In this document: in pieces, positions 53,737 to 64,000 of the stretch
Layout of the letters: the number at the start of each line of letters is the position of its first letter
How positions within the stretch are numbered: position 1 is the stretch's first letter
NCBI GenBank assembly: GCA_965244655.1
Contig: OZ251737.1
Coordinates: 480,460 to 544,459 of the forward strand
Length of the DNA stretch: 64,000 nucleotides
Direction: 5' to 3'
From: Candidatus Pelagibacterales bacterium
GTDB lineage: Bacteria; Pseudomonadota; Alphaproteobacteria; Pelagibacterales; Pelagibacteraceae
The notes under the pieces: model-generated
What the model saw: the letters and a program-made list of their open reading frames with translations, nothing else
Databases searched by the model: none
Told to the model about the DNA's origin: nothing
Made by a program: the position numbers and the translations under genes

Positions 53737-54529
53737 AATATTTATTAATATAATTTTATTAATTTTTTTTTTCAACAATGTATCTTTTGGTATTGAGTTA
53801 CAGGGTAATTTTGCTCAAGGCGGTTTGATTAAGGGAAAAATTGAACCAGGAGCGAAAGTATTTTTAGACAAGAAACAAATTAAAGTTTCAAGTAATGGGT
53901 ATTTTGTTTTTGGAATAGAAAAAAATAGAAAACAAAATATTTTACTTGAAGTTCATAATAATGGAGAAAAAAAAGTTCTAGACAAGAAAGTAAAAAAAAG
54001 AAATTATTTAGTTCAAAAAATTGAAGGCCTCCCAACAAAAATGGTCACACCTGGAAAAGAGGAAATGATTAGAATTCAAAATGAGCAGGTTTTGTTTGAT
54101 AATATGAGATCTGTGAATTCAGATAGTGATTATTTTTATAAAAAATTTATTAGGCCAGCAGAAGGAATTATTTCTGGTAGATTTGGTAGCCAAAGAATTT
54201 TGAATGGAGAGCCAAGAAATCCCCACCTTGGACTTGACATAGCTAATAAAAAAGGAACACCAGTTATATCGACAGCAGATGGAGTGGTAACTATAGCGGA
54301 AAAAGATTTATATTTTACCGGAGGTACTATTGCAATTGAGCATGGGCATGGCGTGACTTCTCTTTATTATCATTTAGATTCTTTAAGTGTTAAAATTGGT
54401 CAAAAAGTAACACAAGGTCAATTAATAGGAACAATGGGTTCGACTGGCAGATCTACAGCACCACATCTTCATTTTGGAATTTATTGGACTAAAATTCCTG
54501 TTGACCCAGAACTTGTTCTAACTGATTAA
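53726..54529 (+). CDS. M23-family metallopeptidase (secreted)
   Basis: signal peptide; HLGLDIA (HxxxD), HGHG, GSTGRSTAPHLHF (HxH). Confidence 0.92.
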   Translation: MINKIFINIILLIFFFNNVSFGIELQGNFAQGGLIKGKIEPGAKVFLDKKQIKVSSNGYFVFGIEKNRKQNILLEVHNNGEKKVLDKKVKKRNYLVQKIEGLPTKMVTPGKEEMIRIQNEQVLFDNMRSVNSDSDYFYKKFIRPAEGIISGRFGSQRILNGEPRNPHLGLDIANKKGTPVISTADGVVTIAEKDLYFTGGTIAIEHGHGVTSLYYHLDSLSVKIGQKVTQGQLIGTMGSTGRSTAPHLHFGIYWTKIPVDPELVLTD

Positions 54530-55404
54530 ATTTTCCAACGATTGTGAGTCCATATCCACTGACCAGGATTTTTTAGAATCATTTTTTCTATTTCTTTATT
54601 GATTTTTTCACCAATGCTTAATTCTGTATCAATTATTTTATCAATAATGATAGGGTCATGAACATTCATAACAAAGCTATGCTTGTTTTCTCTTAAGATT
54701 GAAATGGGAACAATTTGATAATTGTATTTTAGCACTAATTGAGAAGGAATAGAGGTTGTGAACGCTGGTTCATTAAAAAAATTTATTTTTTTCCCTTGGG
54801 TAATACTTTGATCCACCATTACAGCAATGTTCGTTTTTTTATGTATTGCTTTCAATAATTCCCTTGTTCCGTCTCCTAATTTTCCTGGTATTTTTTTTGG
54901 AATTTGATTTTTACAAATATATTTTTTTCTCCAATATTCCATTAGAGGGTTAAGAAATATATTGTTCAATGGTCTATAAACTGCTGCAATATTCAAGTGT
55001 TTTCTATCTAATTCCATAGCCATTAATTCAAAATTTGCAAAATGCCCGGAAATAAAAACAGTTGGCCTATTTTTTGATTTTATAGTTTCTAAAATATCTA
55101 CACCATTTATTTTTATATGAAGTTCTGGATACTTTCTAAATTGTTTTAAATATACATACTCAGAAAAAGTTCGTCCAAAATTACACCACATTTCTTCAAT
55201 GTATTTTTTTTGCAAATCACTGCCCATATTTGGAAAAGCTTTTTTAAAATTCGAAAATATTCTTTCTTTAGACCTAAAATAGGAACCAAAAATTTTAAAA
55301 ATGAAACATCCTAGTTCTGAAGATATTTTTCGGCCCACTATTTTAAATATTAAAAATAGTAAAATAATAATAATAAATTCAAAAAAATATTTAATTATTT
55401 TCAT
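54526..55404 (-). CDS. lpxL: lipid A acyltransferase (LpxL/HtrB family)
   Basis: GHFANFE, YRPLNN, VDQ, PGQWIWTHNRWK. Confidence 0.88.
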   Translation of the reverse strand: MKIIKYFFEFIIIILLFLIFKIVGRKISSELGCFIFKIFGSYFRSKERIFSNFKKAFPNMGSDLQKKYIEEMWCNFGRTFSEYVYLKQFRKYPELHIKINGVDILETIKSKNRPTVFISGHFANFELMAMELDRKHLNIAAVYRPLNNIFLNPLMEYWRKKYICKNQIPKKIPGKLGDGTRELLKAIHKKTNIAVMVDQSITQGKKINFFNEPAFTTSIPSQLVLKYNYQIVPISILRENKHSFVMNVHDPIIIDKIIDTELSIGEKINKEIEKMILKNPGQWIWTHNRWKI

Positions 55405-56323
55405 AAAAAATAATTTTTTTCATTAAGCGTTCTTCATTATTGATAATCAGTTCTGTATTGACATATTCTATATCTTTTTTTGCAACATCATCTAATCTTA
55501 AAAAATCTTTTTCAGTAGTTAGTAATTGTAAGTTATTTTTTTTTGCTTTTTCTTTTAATGAATTAATGTCAGATTCATTGTAGGAATAGTGGTCAGGAAA
55601 AAATTTATGATCTACAACGTTAATTTTATTTTTTTTTAGTAAATTTAATAAATTTATATTATTTCCTATACCAGAAAACGCAAAATACTTTTTATTATTA
55701 TATTTTTTTATATCTAAAATAGAATAGCGTGAATAAAATACTTCTAAATATTTGTTATATAGTTTTATTTTTTTTTCTAACTCTGGATTTAAATCGCCAT
55801 TTATACAAACCATATCTGCATATTTTAGTCTTGCCAAAGATTCTCGTAATGGACCACTAGGAAATGTAAATCCATTTCCAATTCCTTGCTTTGAACTAAA
55901 GCAAATAATGGAAAGATCTTTTTTAATTGTCATGTCTTGAAATCCATCATCTAAAATAACTAAATCATATCCTTCATTAATTGCTTGTTGAATTGCCAGT
56001 CTTCTAGATTTGTTGACAAAAACTTTACAATTTTTTTTTAATAATAAAATTTCATCTTGAAGATACGAATATTCTTTTTTAACAACAGCTATTTTCATTT
56101 TACCCTGCAAAAGAGATGCAATCTTAATTGTCAAAGGTGTTTTTCCTGTACCACCTATGTAAATGTTGCCAATACAGATAACTTTTATATTTAGTTTTTT
56201 TTCAACACTTACGATTCTCTTAATAAATACAATTAATGAATATAAAAAAGTTATGGGCAGAAGTAATATTGGCCATATGATGAAATTTTTTAAATCCCAA
56301 AATGCCGGTTTATTTAGGTTCAT
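55391..56323 (-). CDS. lpxK: tetraacyldisaccharide 4'-kinase
   Basis: VICIGNIYIGGTGKTP, ILDDGFQ, PSGPLRE, FPDH, TTEKD. Confidence 0.95.
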   Translation of the reverse strand: MNLNKPAFWDLKNFIIWPILLLPITFLYSLIVFIKRIVSVEKKLNIKVICIGNIYIGGTGKTPLTIKIASLLQGKMKIAVVKKEYSYLQDEILLLKKNCKVFVNKSRRLAIQQAINEGYDLVILDDGFQDMTIKKDLSIICFSSKQGIGNGFTFPSGPLRESLARLKYADMVCINGDLNPELEKKIKLYNKYLEVFYSRYSILDIKKYNNKKYFAFSGIGNNINLLNLLKKNKINVVDHKFFPDHYSYNESDINSLKEKAKKNNLQLLTTEKDFLRLDDVAKKDIEYVNTELIINNEERLMKKIIFYENN

Positions 56324-56326
56324 TCT

Positions 56327-57559
56327 TTAAATAAAAGAATTAAGGTAGTTGATGTGATCTAGCAATATTTTTTGACTATATTTTTGTATAGTTTCTTTGA
56401 ATTTTTCATTATCAGCCTGCTTTGTAAATTTACTAATTAGTTGTTCAGCTAGAGATTGCTCCGATGTTACTAGAGATGATATGCCATTATCACTTAAAAA
56501 ATCATATATCTCGGTAAAATTATAAATATAAGGTCCATGAAATACAAAGCACCCCTCTCTTGCTGGTTCAAGTGGATTTTGACCGCCATGCGCAATAATA
56601 GAGCCACCTAAAAAAACTAAATTAATTTTTTCAAATACTTCTTTAGTGTCACCATATGAGTTCAAAATATATATGTCCTTATCTTCAAGTGGTATTGGAT
56701 CTGTACTTTTAAGTTGATAAGTTAAGTTGTTAGATTTTATTAAATAAGTAATTTTATCAATTCTATTTATATGTCTTGGTATGAGAATGCATTGAGAAGA
56801 AATTTTTTCTTTTTTTAATTTTTTGATAGTATTAATTACAAACTCCTCTTCACCACTGTGAGTACTCATTGCAATCCAAGAAAAATTAACCTTTTTTTCA
56901 AAATTAAAAATATTTTTAGTTGATTTATCATTAGGTGAGGCAAATTTAAGATTTCCAAAAAAATGAATATTATTGATATTGAAAAACTCAATAAAAGATT
57001 TTGTCTCTCTGCTTTGAGACACAATAGAATCAAATTGACTAAATATTTTTTTTGCAAATGATTTAATTATTTTCCATTTAAAAAAAGATTTTTTAGAAAG
57101 CCTTGCATTAAGCAATATTAGTTTAGAAATTTTTTTAGTTTTAAAAATCATATTTGGCCATAGTTCAGATTCTGTAATTACAGAAATTTTTGGTTTCCAG
57201 TGTTTTAAAAATCTTTCAATTACTATGGGGGTGTCGAATGGGAAAAATTGATGAATTATATTTGATTTATTTTTAAAAATATCAGAACAGTACTTTGCAG
57301 AACTAAGGGTTGTCGTGGTAACTAATATTCTATCATCTATCTTGGATTCGTAATGAAGTATTATTGGAATAATAGATTTAATCTCTCCTAGGCTTGATGC
57401 ATGAAACCATATTACAGGCTTATCATTTTTAATTGTATAAAATCCAAGTTTTTCTTTGTATCGCAGTGGATCTTCTTTGTTTTTTAAAATACGGATATTT
57501 AAGTAAAATTTTGAAAAAATATGAAAAAGATAACTTAAGCATACATATAATACGTGCAT
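56327..57559 (-). CDS. waaA: Kdo transferase
   Basis: WFHASSLGE, ESELWPN, NARLS, GNLKF, STHSGEE, PRH, GGQNPLEPA. Confidence 0.95.
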   Translation of the reverse strand: MHVLYVCLSYLFHIFSKFYLNIRILKNKEDPLRYKEKLGFYTIKNDKPVIWFHASSLGEIKSIIPIILHYESKIDDRILVTTTTLSSAKYCSDIFKNKSNIIHQFFPFDTPIVIERFLKHWKPKISVITESELWPNMIFKTKKISKLILLNARLSKKSFFKWKIIKSFAKKIFSQFDSIVSQSRETKSFIEFFNINNIHFFGNLKFASPNDKSTKNIFNFEKKVNFSWIAMSTHSGEEEFVINTIKKLKKEKISSQCILIPRHINRIDKITYLIKSNNLTYQLKSTDPIPLEDKDIYILNSYGDTKEVFEKINLVFLGGSIIAHGGQNPLEPAREGCFVFHGPYIYNFTEIYDFLSDNGISSLVTSEQSLAEQLISKFTKQADNEKFKETIQKYSQKILLDHINYLNSFI

Positions 57560-57564
57560 GTGAT

Positions 57565-59298
57565 CTATTCAACGATTTCCTGATTATATAATTTTTTATA
57601 TAATTCCGATTTCTCTATTAATTCATTATGAGTGCCTTCCGAAACTAAGTTACCATCAGACAATACCAATATTTTATTTGCATTTTTAATTGTAGACAAC
57701 CTGTGAGCTATAATAATGGTAGTTCTATTTTTAATTAGATTATCAACCGCATATTTTATTTTTGTCTCAGACTCAGAATCTAGAGCTGACGTTGCTTCAT
57801 CAAGTAATATAATGGAGCTATTTTTAAGCATTGCCCTTGCAATTGAAATTCTTTGTTTTTGACCCCCCGATAGCTTAACTCCATTTTCACCAATTATTGT
57901 TGAATAGCCATTAGGCAATTCTCTAATAAACTCGTCAGCAGCAGCATTCTTACTTGCAGCCAAAACCTCTTCTTTACTAGCATCTAATCGACCATATCTT
58001 ATGTTTGCTTCTACCGTATCATCAAACAATACGGTTTCTTGCGAGACTAGGGCAATTTCTTTTCTTAGAGATGAAAGATTTACCTCATTAATATTTTGCT
58101 CATCAATGCTAATCTTTCCTTCGCTGACATTATAAAATCTTGGTATTAAATTAATAAAACTGGATTTTCCAGAACCACTTTTTCCAACTAATGCTATTGT
58201 GCTACCACCTTTGATTGAAAATGTAATATTTCTAAGAGCTCGCGTTCCATCTGGATAAATAAAGCTTACATTTTCAAATGCAATATTCTTATTTTTAATA
58301 ACGAGATTATTTTTTTTAGGATCGTTAGCAATATTGTTTTGATTATCTAATAACTCATAAATTCTTTTTGCAGCAATAAGTCCCTCATTGATTCCAATAT
58401 TTACACTAGCTAGTGCTCTTACTGGTTGATAAGCTAGCATCAATGCGGTCAGAAATGAAAAAAAACTTCCTACTTCTATTTCATCTTTAATACTTAAATA
58501 ACCACCTGCAAAAACAACAATGGCAATTGCAATTCCTGTAATTGTCTCCATAATTGGAGTTGCACCAAGTCTAGTTCTTTCTACCTGAGTCATTTTTTCA
58601 ACTCTATCTTCAATAACATTTTTAAAATTATCTAACTCTTTATCTTCTTTTTGGAATATTTTAATAACAGTAGTTGATTTTAATATTTCTGATAAAAATT
58701 TTGTAAAGACCTCGCTAGCTTGAAGACTTTGATTTACAAATTTCTTCATTCTTTTTCCAAATTTTTTTGAAAAGAATGCAGCAACAGGTATCATTATGAT
58801 GGCCAAAATACTTAGCTGCCAATTTTGGTAAAACATTAAACCAAGCAATGCTATTAAAGTAACAAATTCTTTTACGGAAGTAATTGCAATACCATTAATA
58901 ACATTCAATAAAATTTGTGTGTCATTAGTAAAGTTGGAAATAAATTTTCCTGAATGTTTGCTTATTATAAAAGACGTATCTGATTTTAAAATTTTATCGG
59001 CCATGAGAATTTGAATATTTTTTATTATATTAAATGAAATTTTTATGGTTTTAATTCTAATGATATAAGTTGATATAGATTTAATAACAAAAGCTAAAAT
59101 TATCAATGCAGGTATAATAACTAGAAGCGTTCTATTTTTTTCAATAAAAATTTTTTTGATTGCAGGATCAAGTAACCAGGCAACTGCCGAAGTTGCCATT
59201 GCTGAAATAATTATAAATAAAAAAATAATAATGAATTGAGTCAGGTGTCTTTTTACTTGAGTTCTAAAAATTCTTTTAATTAGATCTAATTTGTTCAT
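57565..59298 (-). CDS. msbA: lipid A export ABC transporter (MsbA-like)
   Basis: TM domain + GKSGSGKSS Walker A, LSGGQKQR, LLDEATSALD, IAHRLST; inside the lipid A cluster. Confidence 0.88.
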   Translation of the reverse strand: MNKLDLIKRIFRTQVKRHLTQFIIIFLFIIISAMATSAVAWLLDPAIKKIFIEKNRTLLVIIPALIILAFVIKSISTYIIRIKTIKISFNIIKNIQILMADKILKSDTSFIISKHSGKFISNFTNDTQILLNVINGIAITSVKEFVTLIALLGLMFYQNWQLSILAIIMIPVAAFFSKKFGKRMKKFVNQSLQASEVFTKFLSEILKSTTVIKIFQKEDKELDNFKNVIEDRVEKMTQVERTRLGATPIMETITGIAIAIVVFAGGYLSIKDEIEVGSFFSFLTALMLAYQPVRALASVNIGINEGLIAAKRIYELLDNQNNIANDPKKNNLVIKNKNIAFENVSFIYPDGTRALRNITFSIKGGSTIALVGKSGSGKSSFINLIPRFYNVSEGKISIDEQNINEVNLSSLRKEIALVSQETVLFDDTVEANIRYGRLDASKEEVLAASKNAAADEFIRELPNGYSTIIGENGVKLSGGQKQRISIARAMLKNSSIILLDEATSALDSESETKIKYAVDNLIKNRTTIIIAHRLSTIKNANKILVLSDGNLVSEGTHNELIEKSELYKKLYNQEIVE

Positions 59299-60618
59299 TA
59301 TTTGCCCGCTATGGTCATTTCATTAATTAATATAGACGGTGAATTAGTTGAGTAAATAAACTCAAGATCATCGGCTAAAGTCATATTTTTGTACATTTGC
59401 ATCAAATTACCAGCAATAGTAATTTCATTAACAGCGTATCTCAATTCTCCATTTTCAATCATTATGCCAGATGCACCAACACTGTAATCTCCGGTAATTA
59501 TGTCAGAACCGCGGCCAATGAGGTCTGTGATGTAGAGCGCACGTTTGAGATTAGATATTATATTTCTCAAGTGAAATTTTTCCATTTTCAAAAAATAAAT
59601 TAGTGCTACCTCCGCTACGTCCATTAGTCTGCATTTTTAAAATGTTTGCATGATAAGTATCAAGAAAAATATTTTTTAACTCTCCTTTTTTTACCAACTC
59701 TATTTTATTACTTGCAACACCTTCGGAATCAAAATGTTGAGATCCCAATCCAGACTCTATTAAAGGATCGTCATAAATATAAATATCATCAGAAAATATA
59801 CGCTCATTAAGTTTATTTTTTAGAAAAGTAGTTCCTCTTGAAAATGCAGAACCAGATATTGCACTAGCAAAACTTGAAAGCAGACTTCTTGATATTCGTT
59901 TATCAAATAATATTGGTAGTTTTGTGCTATTTATTTTTTTTGCATCTAGTCTGCGAATAGCCCTGTTTGCTGCAGACAAACCTATTTCTTTTGATGACAA
60001 TAGTCTGTTAGAAAATCTTTTAGTTGAGTATTCATAGTCCGTCTCCATTAAACCTTTACTCTCAGCAACAACAGCACAACCGGCCGAAAACATAGAGCTC
60101 TCATAGCCTTTTGAGAAGCCAAGACTATTTGCTAAAACAAAGTTAGATTTCGTTTCTGAAAAAGAACAGCCATTTGAGTTGGTAATTTTATCATTTTTAA
60201 ACGCCTCTTCTTCCATTTCTTTTAAAAAATCAATTTTATTTTCCGTTGTAATATGTTTTTCGTCAAATAAGTTTAGAGCCAGGTCTTCTTTAGCTAAGTA
60301 ATTTTTATCAGGCATAGAGACATGAGGATCTTCGGGTGTAATTTTAGTCATTTCAACACATCTTTCGATCAGAGTAGTAACCTCTTCTTCTTTGGTGTTA
60401 GAAGAGGATACATTAGATCTTTTTTTTCCTATATACGTTGTAAGACCTATTGATAAGTTATCTGATCTTTCAGAATGATCTAATTTTTTGTTACGAAAAG
60501 AAACACTTTCCGAAATAGAGTTGCTAACTATTACTTCGCAGTTTGTTGCACCAAATTTTTTTGCCTTATCTAAACAAAATTGAGAAATTTTTTCTAAAAA
60601 TATTTTATCTTTAACCAT
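59298..60618 (-). CDS. pmbA: TldE/PmbA-family protein, split by one apparent +1 base near 59563-59567
   Basis: ORF 59551-60618 (DDP, FDSEG) continues in ORF 59298-59624 (ITGDYSVGASG, VNEITIAGNL, MTIAGK). Confidence 0.9.
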
Positions 60619-61468
60619 GTCTAATTGTTAACATTAGTGTGAGAAATATAGATAAACCATAATAATTGTTTAATGCAAATAATTTAGAGTTTTTCTCTGT
60701 ATTTTCTTCCTCATACTTAAGAACTTGAGCAAATAGAATGCAACTAGATATTATAGACATAATAAAAAAAATAAAATTCGCGTCCAATAATGCAAGAGAT
60801 AATAACAATAAAGAAGTAGATATTGAGTAACAAATTAACAAGAAAGTTTTTATTTTTTTCTTAAATTTGATAGAAGTTGATTTAACACCTATTTTTAAAT
60901 CATCTTTAATATCCTGCATCCCATAAATGGTGTCATATCCAAGAGTCCAAAAAATAGCTGATGAGTATAATACCAGAGGAGTTAAAGAAAATTTATTTTC
61001 TAGAACTAGCCATGCCAAAATTACTCCCCAATTAAATGTTATTCCTAAAAATAGTTGAGGCCAATAAGTTATTCTTTTCATGAATGGATAAGCAATCACT
61101 AGCAAACTTGAACTTAATCCAAAAATGATAGAGTTTAGATTGAATTGAAACAATATAAGTATTGAAAAAAATATTAATAACAAGATAATCATCCATCCAG
61201 TTGTCACAGAAATAGTTCCTTTTGCTATTGGCCTTGATTTGGTTCTGGATACTTTTGCATCTATTTTTCGGTCAACAATGTCATTATATACACATCCAGC
61301 ACTTCTCATAAAACACGATCCCAAAAAAAATAGTAATAAATACTTATAAAATATTAGGCTATCACTAATAGCCGAGCTACCTATCGCAAGCCCCCAAGCA
61401 CAAGGCCAAAAAAGTAAAAAAATTCCAGTGGGTTTATCAAGTCTTAGAAGCTTTATATATTCCAACAT
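60611..61468 (-). CDS. ubiA: 4-hydroxybenzoate polyprenyltransferase
   Basis: LLRLDKPTG, MRSAGCVYNDIVDRKID, RTKSRP, YPFMKR, YDTIYGMQD, GVKST. Confidence 0.95.
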   Translation of the reverse strand: MLEYIKLLRLDKPTGIFLLFWPCAWGLAIGSSAISDSLIFYKYLLLFFLGSCFMRSAGCVYNDIVDRKIDAKVSRTKSRPIAKGTISVTTGWMIILLLIFFSILILFQFNLNSIIFGLSSSLLVIAYPFMKRITYWPQLFLGITFNWGVILAWLVLENKFSLTPLVLYSSAIFWTLGYDTIYGMQDIKDDLKIGVKSTSIKFKKKIKTFLLICYSISTSLLLLSLALLDANFIFFIMSIISSCILFAQVLKYEEENTEKNSKLFALNNYYGLSIFLTLMLTIRHG

Positions 61469-61488
61469 TATTAATGATTAGATTTTTT

Positions 61489-62163
61489 CTACAAAAGATT
61501 TTTAAGTTGTTGTAAGTCTTGAATAGTTTTTATTGGTTTAAAATCTAAATTGTCAAAATTTTTATTTGATCTATTGACCCAAATAGATTGAAAACCATAA
61601 GATCTAGAACCAACTACATCCCAGCTATTAGAGCTTAAAAAACAAACTTGTTGAGGCTTGCAAGAATATTTTTTTGTAACTTGCTGATAAACTTTTGGAT
61701 GAGGTTTAAAAATTTTCACTTTTTCTATAGAAATTAAAGAATCAAAAAAATGTTCTATTTTAGCTTGTTTAGTTAGTTGTTTTAATAACTTTGGTGTTCC
61801 ATTAGAAAGAATACAGCATTTTATTTTTTTTTCCTTAAGGTATTCAAGCACATTTTTTAATTCAGGGTAAACTTCTAATTTTTTGTATAGTTGCAAAAGT
61901 TCTTTTTTGTATTTTGATTTGATACCATGAACTTTCATTGCGTAATCTAAAGAATCTATTGTAACTTTCCAGAAATCTTTATGGTTTTTCATTAAGCTTC
62001 TGAGCCAAGTATATTCTAGCTGAGTTGTTCTCCACGTATTAGAAAACTCCAGCCAAGATTTTCCAATTTTATTTTTAATTAATTTAGCGGCAGAATTAAT
62101 GTCAAAACAAGTGCCATACGCATCAAAAGCGCAAACTTTAATATTCGAAATTTTATTTTTCAT
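61489..62163 (-). CDS. haloacid dehalogenase type II
   Basis: FDAYGT, WRTTQLEYTW, LSNG, FKPHP, SSNSWDV. Confidence 0.9.
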   Translation of the reverse strand: MKNKISNIKVCAFDAYGTCFDINSAAKLIKNKIGKSWLEFSNTWRTTQLEYTWLRSLMKNHKDFWKVTIDSLDYAMKVHGIKSKYKKELLQLYKKLEVYPELKNVLEYLKEKKIKCCILSNGTPKLLKQLTKQAKIEHFFDSLISIEKVKIFKPHPKVYQQVTKKYSCKPQQVCFLSSNSWDVVGSRSYGFQSIWVNRSNKNFDNLDFKPIKTIQDLQQLKNLL

Positions 62164-62176
62164 ATATACAAATTGT

Positions 62177-62896
62177 ATGGAGAAAAAAATTAGAATATTT
62201 CTAAGTGAAACACTAGAAGAAAATAGGAAAATAACTCTTAATAGAGAACAATCTCATTACATAAGTAGTGTTATGAGGTTAGATACTGGTAGTGAGTTAC
62301 TATTGTTTAATGGGATCCAAGGTGAATTTTTGGGCTCAGTTTCTTCCCACTCTAAAAAAGAAACTATTATATCTTTACGTAACAAAACAAGAGATCAGTC
62401 AAAGTCAAAAAATATTTTATTAGCATTTTGTCCCCCTAAAGGTCATCGTTTAGATTTTTTAATTCAAAAATGTACTGAATTAGGATTGAAAAGTTTTATA
62501 CCGGTTATTTCTGATCACACTATCAATAGAAAAATTAACAAAGATAGATTAAAAAAAATAATCATAGAATCTTGTGAGCAATCAGATCAGCTTTGTGTGC
62601 CAGATCTTTTAGATTCATTAAGTTTTAAGGATTTTACTCATTCGCTGGGCAGTAAAGAAACAGTTTTATTTGCCGACATTAACTCCAGCGCAAATAACTT
62701 AAAGGAATTAGTGCAAAACAATAAGGAGAGTAAATTTATCTTATTAGTTGGGCCCGAAGGTGATTTTTCATCAAAAGAAAGAATGCAAATTAAAGAAGAT
62801 AAAAGATTTAAAAATTTTTCATTAGGAAAAAATATCTTGAGGTCGGAAACAGCAGCAATAGCTAGTTTGGTCTTGTTAAATTATTTATTAAATTAA
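62177..62896 (+). CDS. rsmE: 16S rRNA m3U1498 methyltransferase
   Basis: HYISSVMRL, QKCTELG, ESCEQS, VGPEGDFS, LGKNILRSETA; ATG 62177 avoids overlap with the dehalogenase. Confidence 0.94.
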   Translation: MEKKIRIFLSETLEENRKITLNREQSHYISSVMRLDTGSELLLFNGIQGEFLGSVSSHSKKETIISLRNKTRDQSKSKNILLAFCPPKGHRLDFLIQKCTELGLKSFIPVISDHTINRKINKDRLKKIIIESCEQSDQLCVPDLLDSLSFKDFTHSLGSKETVLFADINSSANNLKELVQNNKESKFILLVGPEGDFSSKERMQIKEDKRFKNFSLGKNILRSETAAIASLVLLNYLLN

Positions 62897-64000
62897 AGCT
62901 GTGTTCCACCGACAGTAATTTTATCTACTAAAATAGAGGGTTGACCAACACCAACGGGTACCCATTGTCCATTTTTTCCGCAAGTTCCAATACCAGGATC
63001 TAATTGCATATCATTTCCAACCATGGACACCTTAGTTAGTATGTCTGGACCATTACCAATTAGTGTAGCACCCTTTACGGGAGATCCAATTTTTCCATTA
63101 CTAATTTCATAAGCTTCGGTGCATGAAAAAACAAATTTGCCATTGGTAATATCTACCTGGCCCCCACCAAAAGAAACTGCAAAAATTCCCTTATCAACAG
63201 ACTTGATCATCTCTTCTTGCGTATGTTTACCACCCAACATAAAAGTATTTGTCATTCTTGGCATTGGAGCGCACTCAAAACTTTCTCTTCTTCCATTACC
63301 TGTTGATTTTGTTTTCATTAAACGGGCATTAAGTCTGTCTTGCATATAATTTTTTAAGATTCCATTTTCTATAAGTACTGTTCTTGAAGAAGGCGTTCCT
63401 TCATCATCAATTGTGATAGATCCTCTTCTATTAACAACAGTACCGTCATCTACGATAGTTACATGTTCACTTGCAACTTTTTGATTCATTAAATTATGAA
63501 ACGCAGAAGTTTTTTTTCTATTAAAATCTCCTTCCAATCCATGACCAATTGCTTCATGCAATAATATACCGGGCCATCCTGGCCCCAAGACAACTTTCAT
63601 TTCCCCGGCAGGAGCATCTTTGCTTTCAAGATTAATCATTGCCTGTTGATATGCTTTATCACATATTTTTTTCCAATCATGATTGGCAATATAGTCATCA
63701 TAATTCATTCTACCTCCTGTACCATATGATCCTGTTTCTCTTCTTCCATTTTTTTCAACCATTACAGAAACATTGAATCTTACTAGGGGTCTAATATCCT
63801 TAAAACTTTGGCTATCTGATTTTATAATTTCTATTTCTTGGTATTCACCAGATATGGAGGCTGTAACTTGTTTAACCAAAGAATCTTTCTTTCTTAAATA
63901 TTCATCTACATTTTTTAATATTGATATTTTTTCACTAAAAGACTTTGCTTCAATAGGATTGACATCTGAATACATTTTAGAATTTGATCTTTGAGGAGCG
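62893..64000 (-). CDS. tldD: metalloprotease TldD (C-terminal part; start beyond window)
   Basis: GWPGILLHEAIGHGLEGDFNRK, DDEG, PRMTNT, CGKNGQWVPVGVGQP. Confidence 0.96.
   Translation of the reverse strand, partial: APQRSNSKMYSDVNPIEAKSFSEKISILKNVDEYLRKKDSLVKQVTASISGEYQEIEIIKSDSQSFKDIRPLVRFNVSVMVEKNGRRETGSYGTGGRMNYDDYIANHDWKKICDKAYQQAMINLESKDAPAGEMKVVLGPGWPGILLHEAIGHGLEGDFNRKKTSAFHNLMNQKVASEHVTIVDDGTVVNRRGSITIDDEGTPSSRTVLIENGILKNYMQDRLNARLMKTKSTGNGRRESFECAPMPRMTNTFMLGGKHTQEEMIKSVDKGIFAVSFGGGQVDITNGKFVFSCTEAYEISNGKIGSPVKGATLIGNGPDILTKVSMVGNDMQLDPGIGTCGKNGQWVPVGVGQPSILVDKITVGGTQL

Overview
A very AT-rich, gene-dense core-genome segment of a streamlined alphaproteobacterium. Gene content, gene order, the homodimeric AceE-type pyruvate dehydrogenase and a tRNA-His lacking G-1 all point to the SAR11/Pelagibacterales group (inference, no database search run). 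It carries about 55 housekeeping CDSs: LPS/lipid A (lptC, kdsD, lpxL, lpxK, waaA, msbA), gltDB, thrS-infC-rpmI-rplT-pheST-lepA, aceEF, csp-dcd-murA-hisD-infA-maf, hisS-hisZ-hisG, groESL, ribF-ileS-lspA, pgi, purD, xseA, tldD/pmbA and ubiA. Four tRNA genes are present (Ser-GGA, Thr-GGT, Phe-GAA, His-GTG). No mobile element, CRISPR array or prophage is visible. The most interesting signal is an unannotated 21-codon His-rich leader ORF (MIKKYISTHRHHSHAGHTLGQ, 36367-36432) upstream of a tRNA-His gene whose CCA end lies only 5 nt before the hisS start codon. This suggests a histidine-sensing attenuation unit (leader peptide, tRNA-His, hisS, hisZ, hisG) with no classical intrinsic terminator. Six genes each carry one extra base, and a peroxiredoxin gene is shredded by many indels; this looks like insertion-biased sequencing error more than biology.
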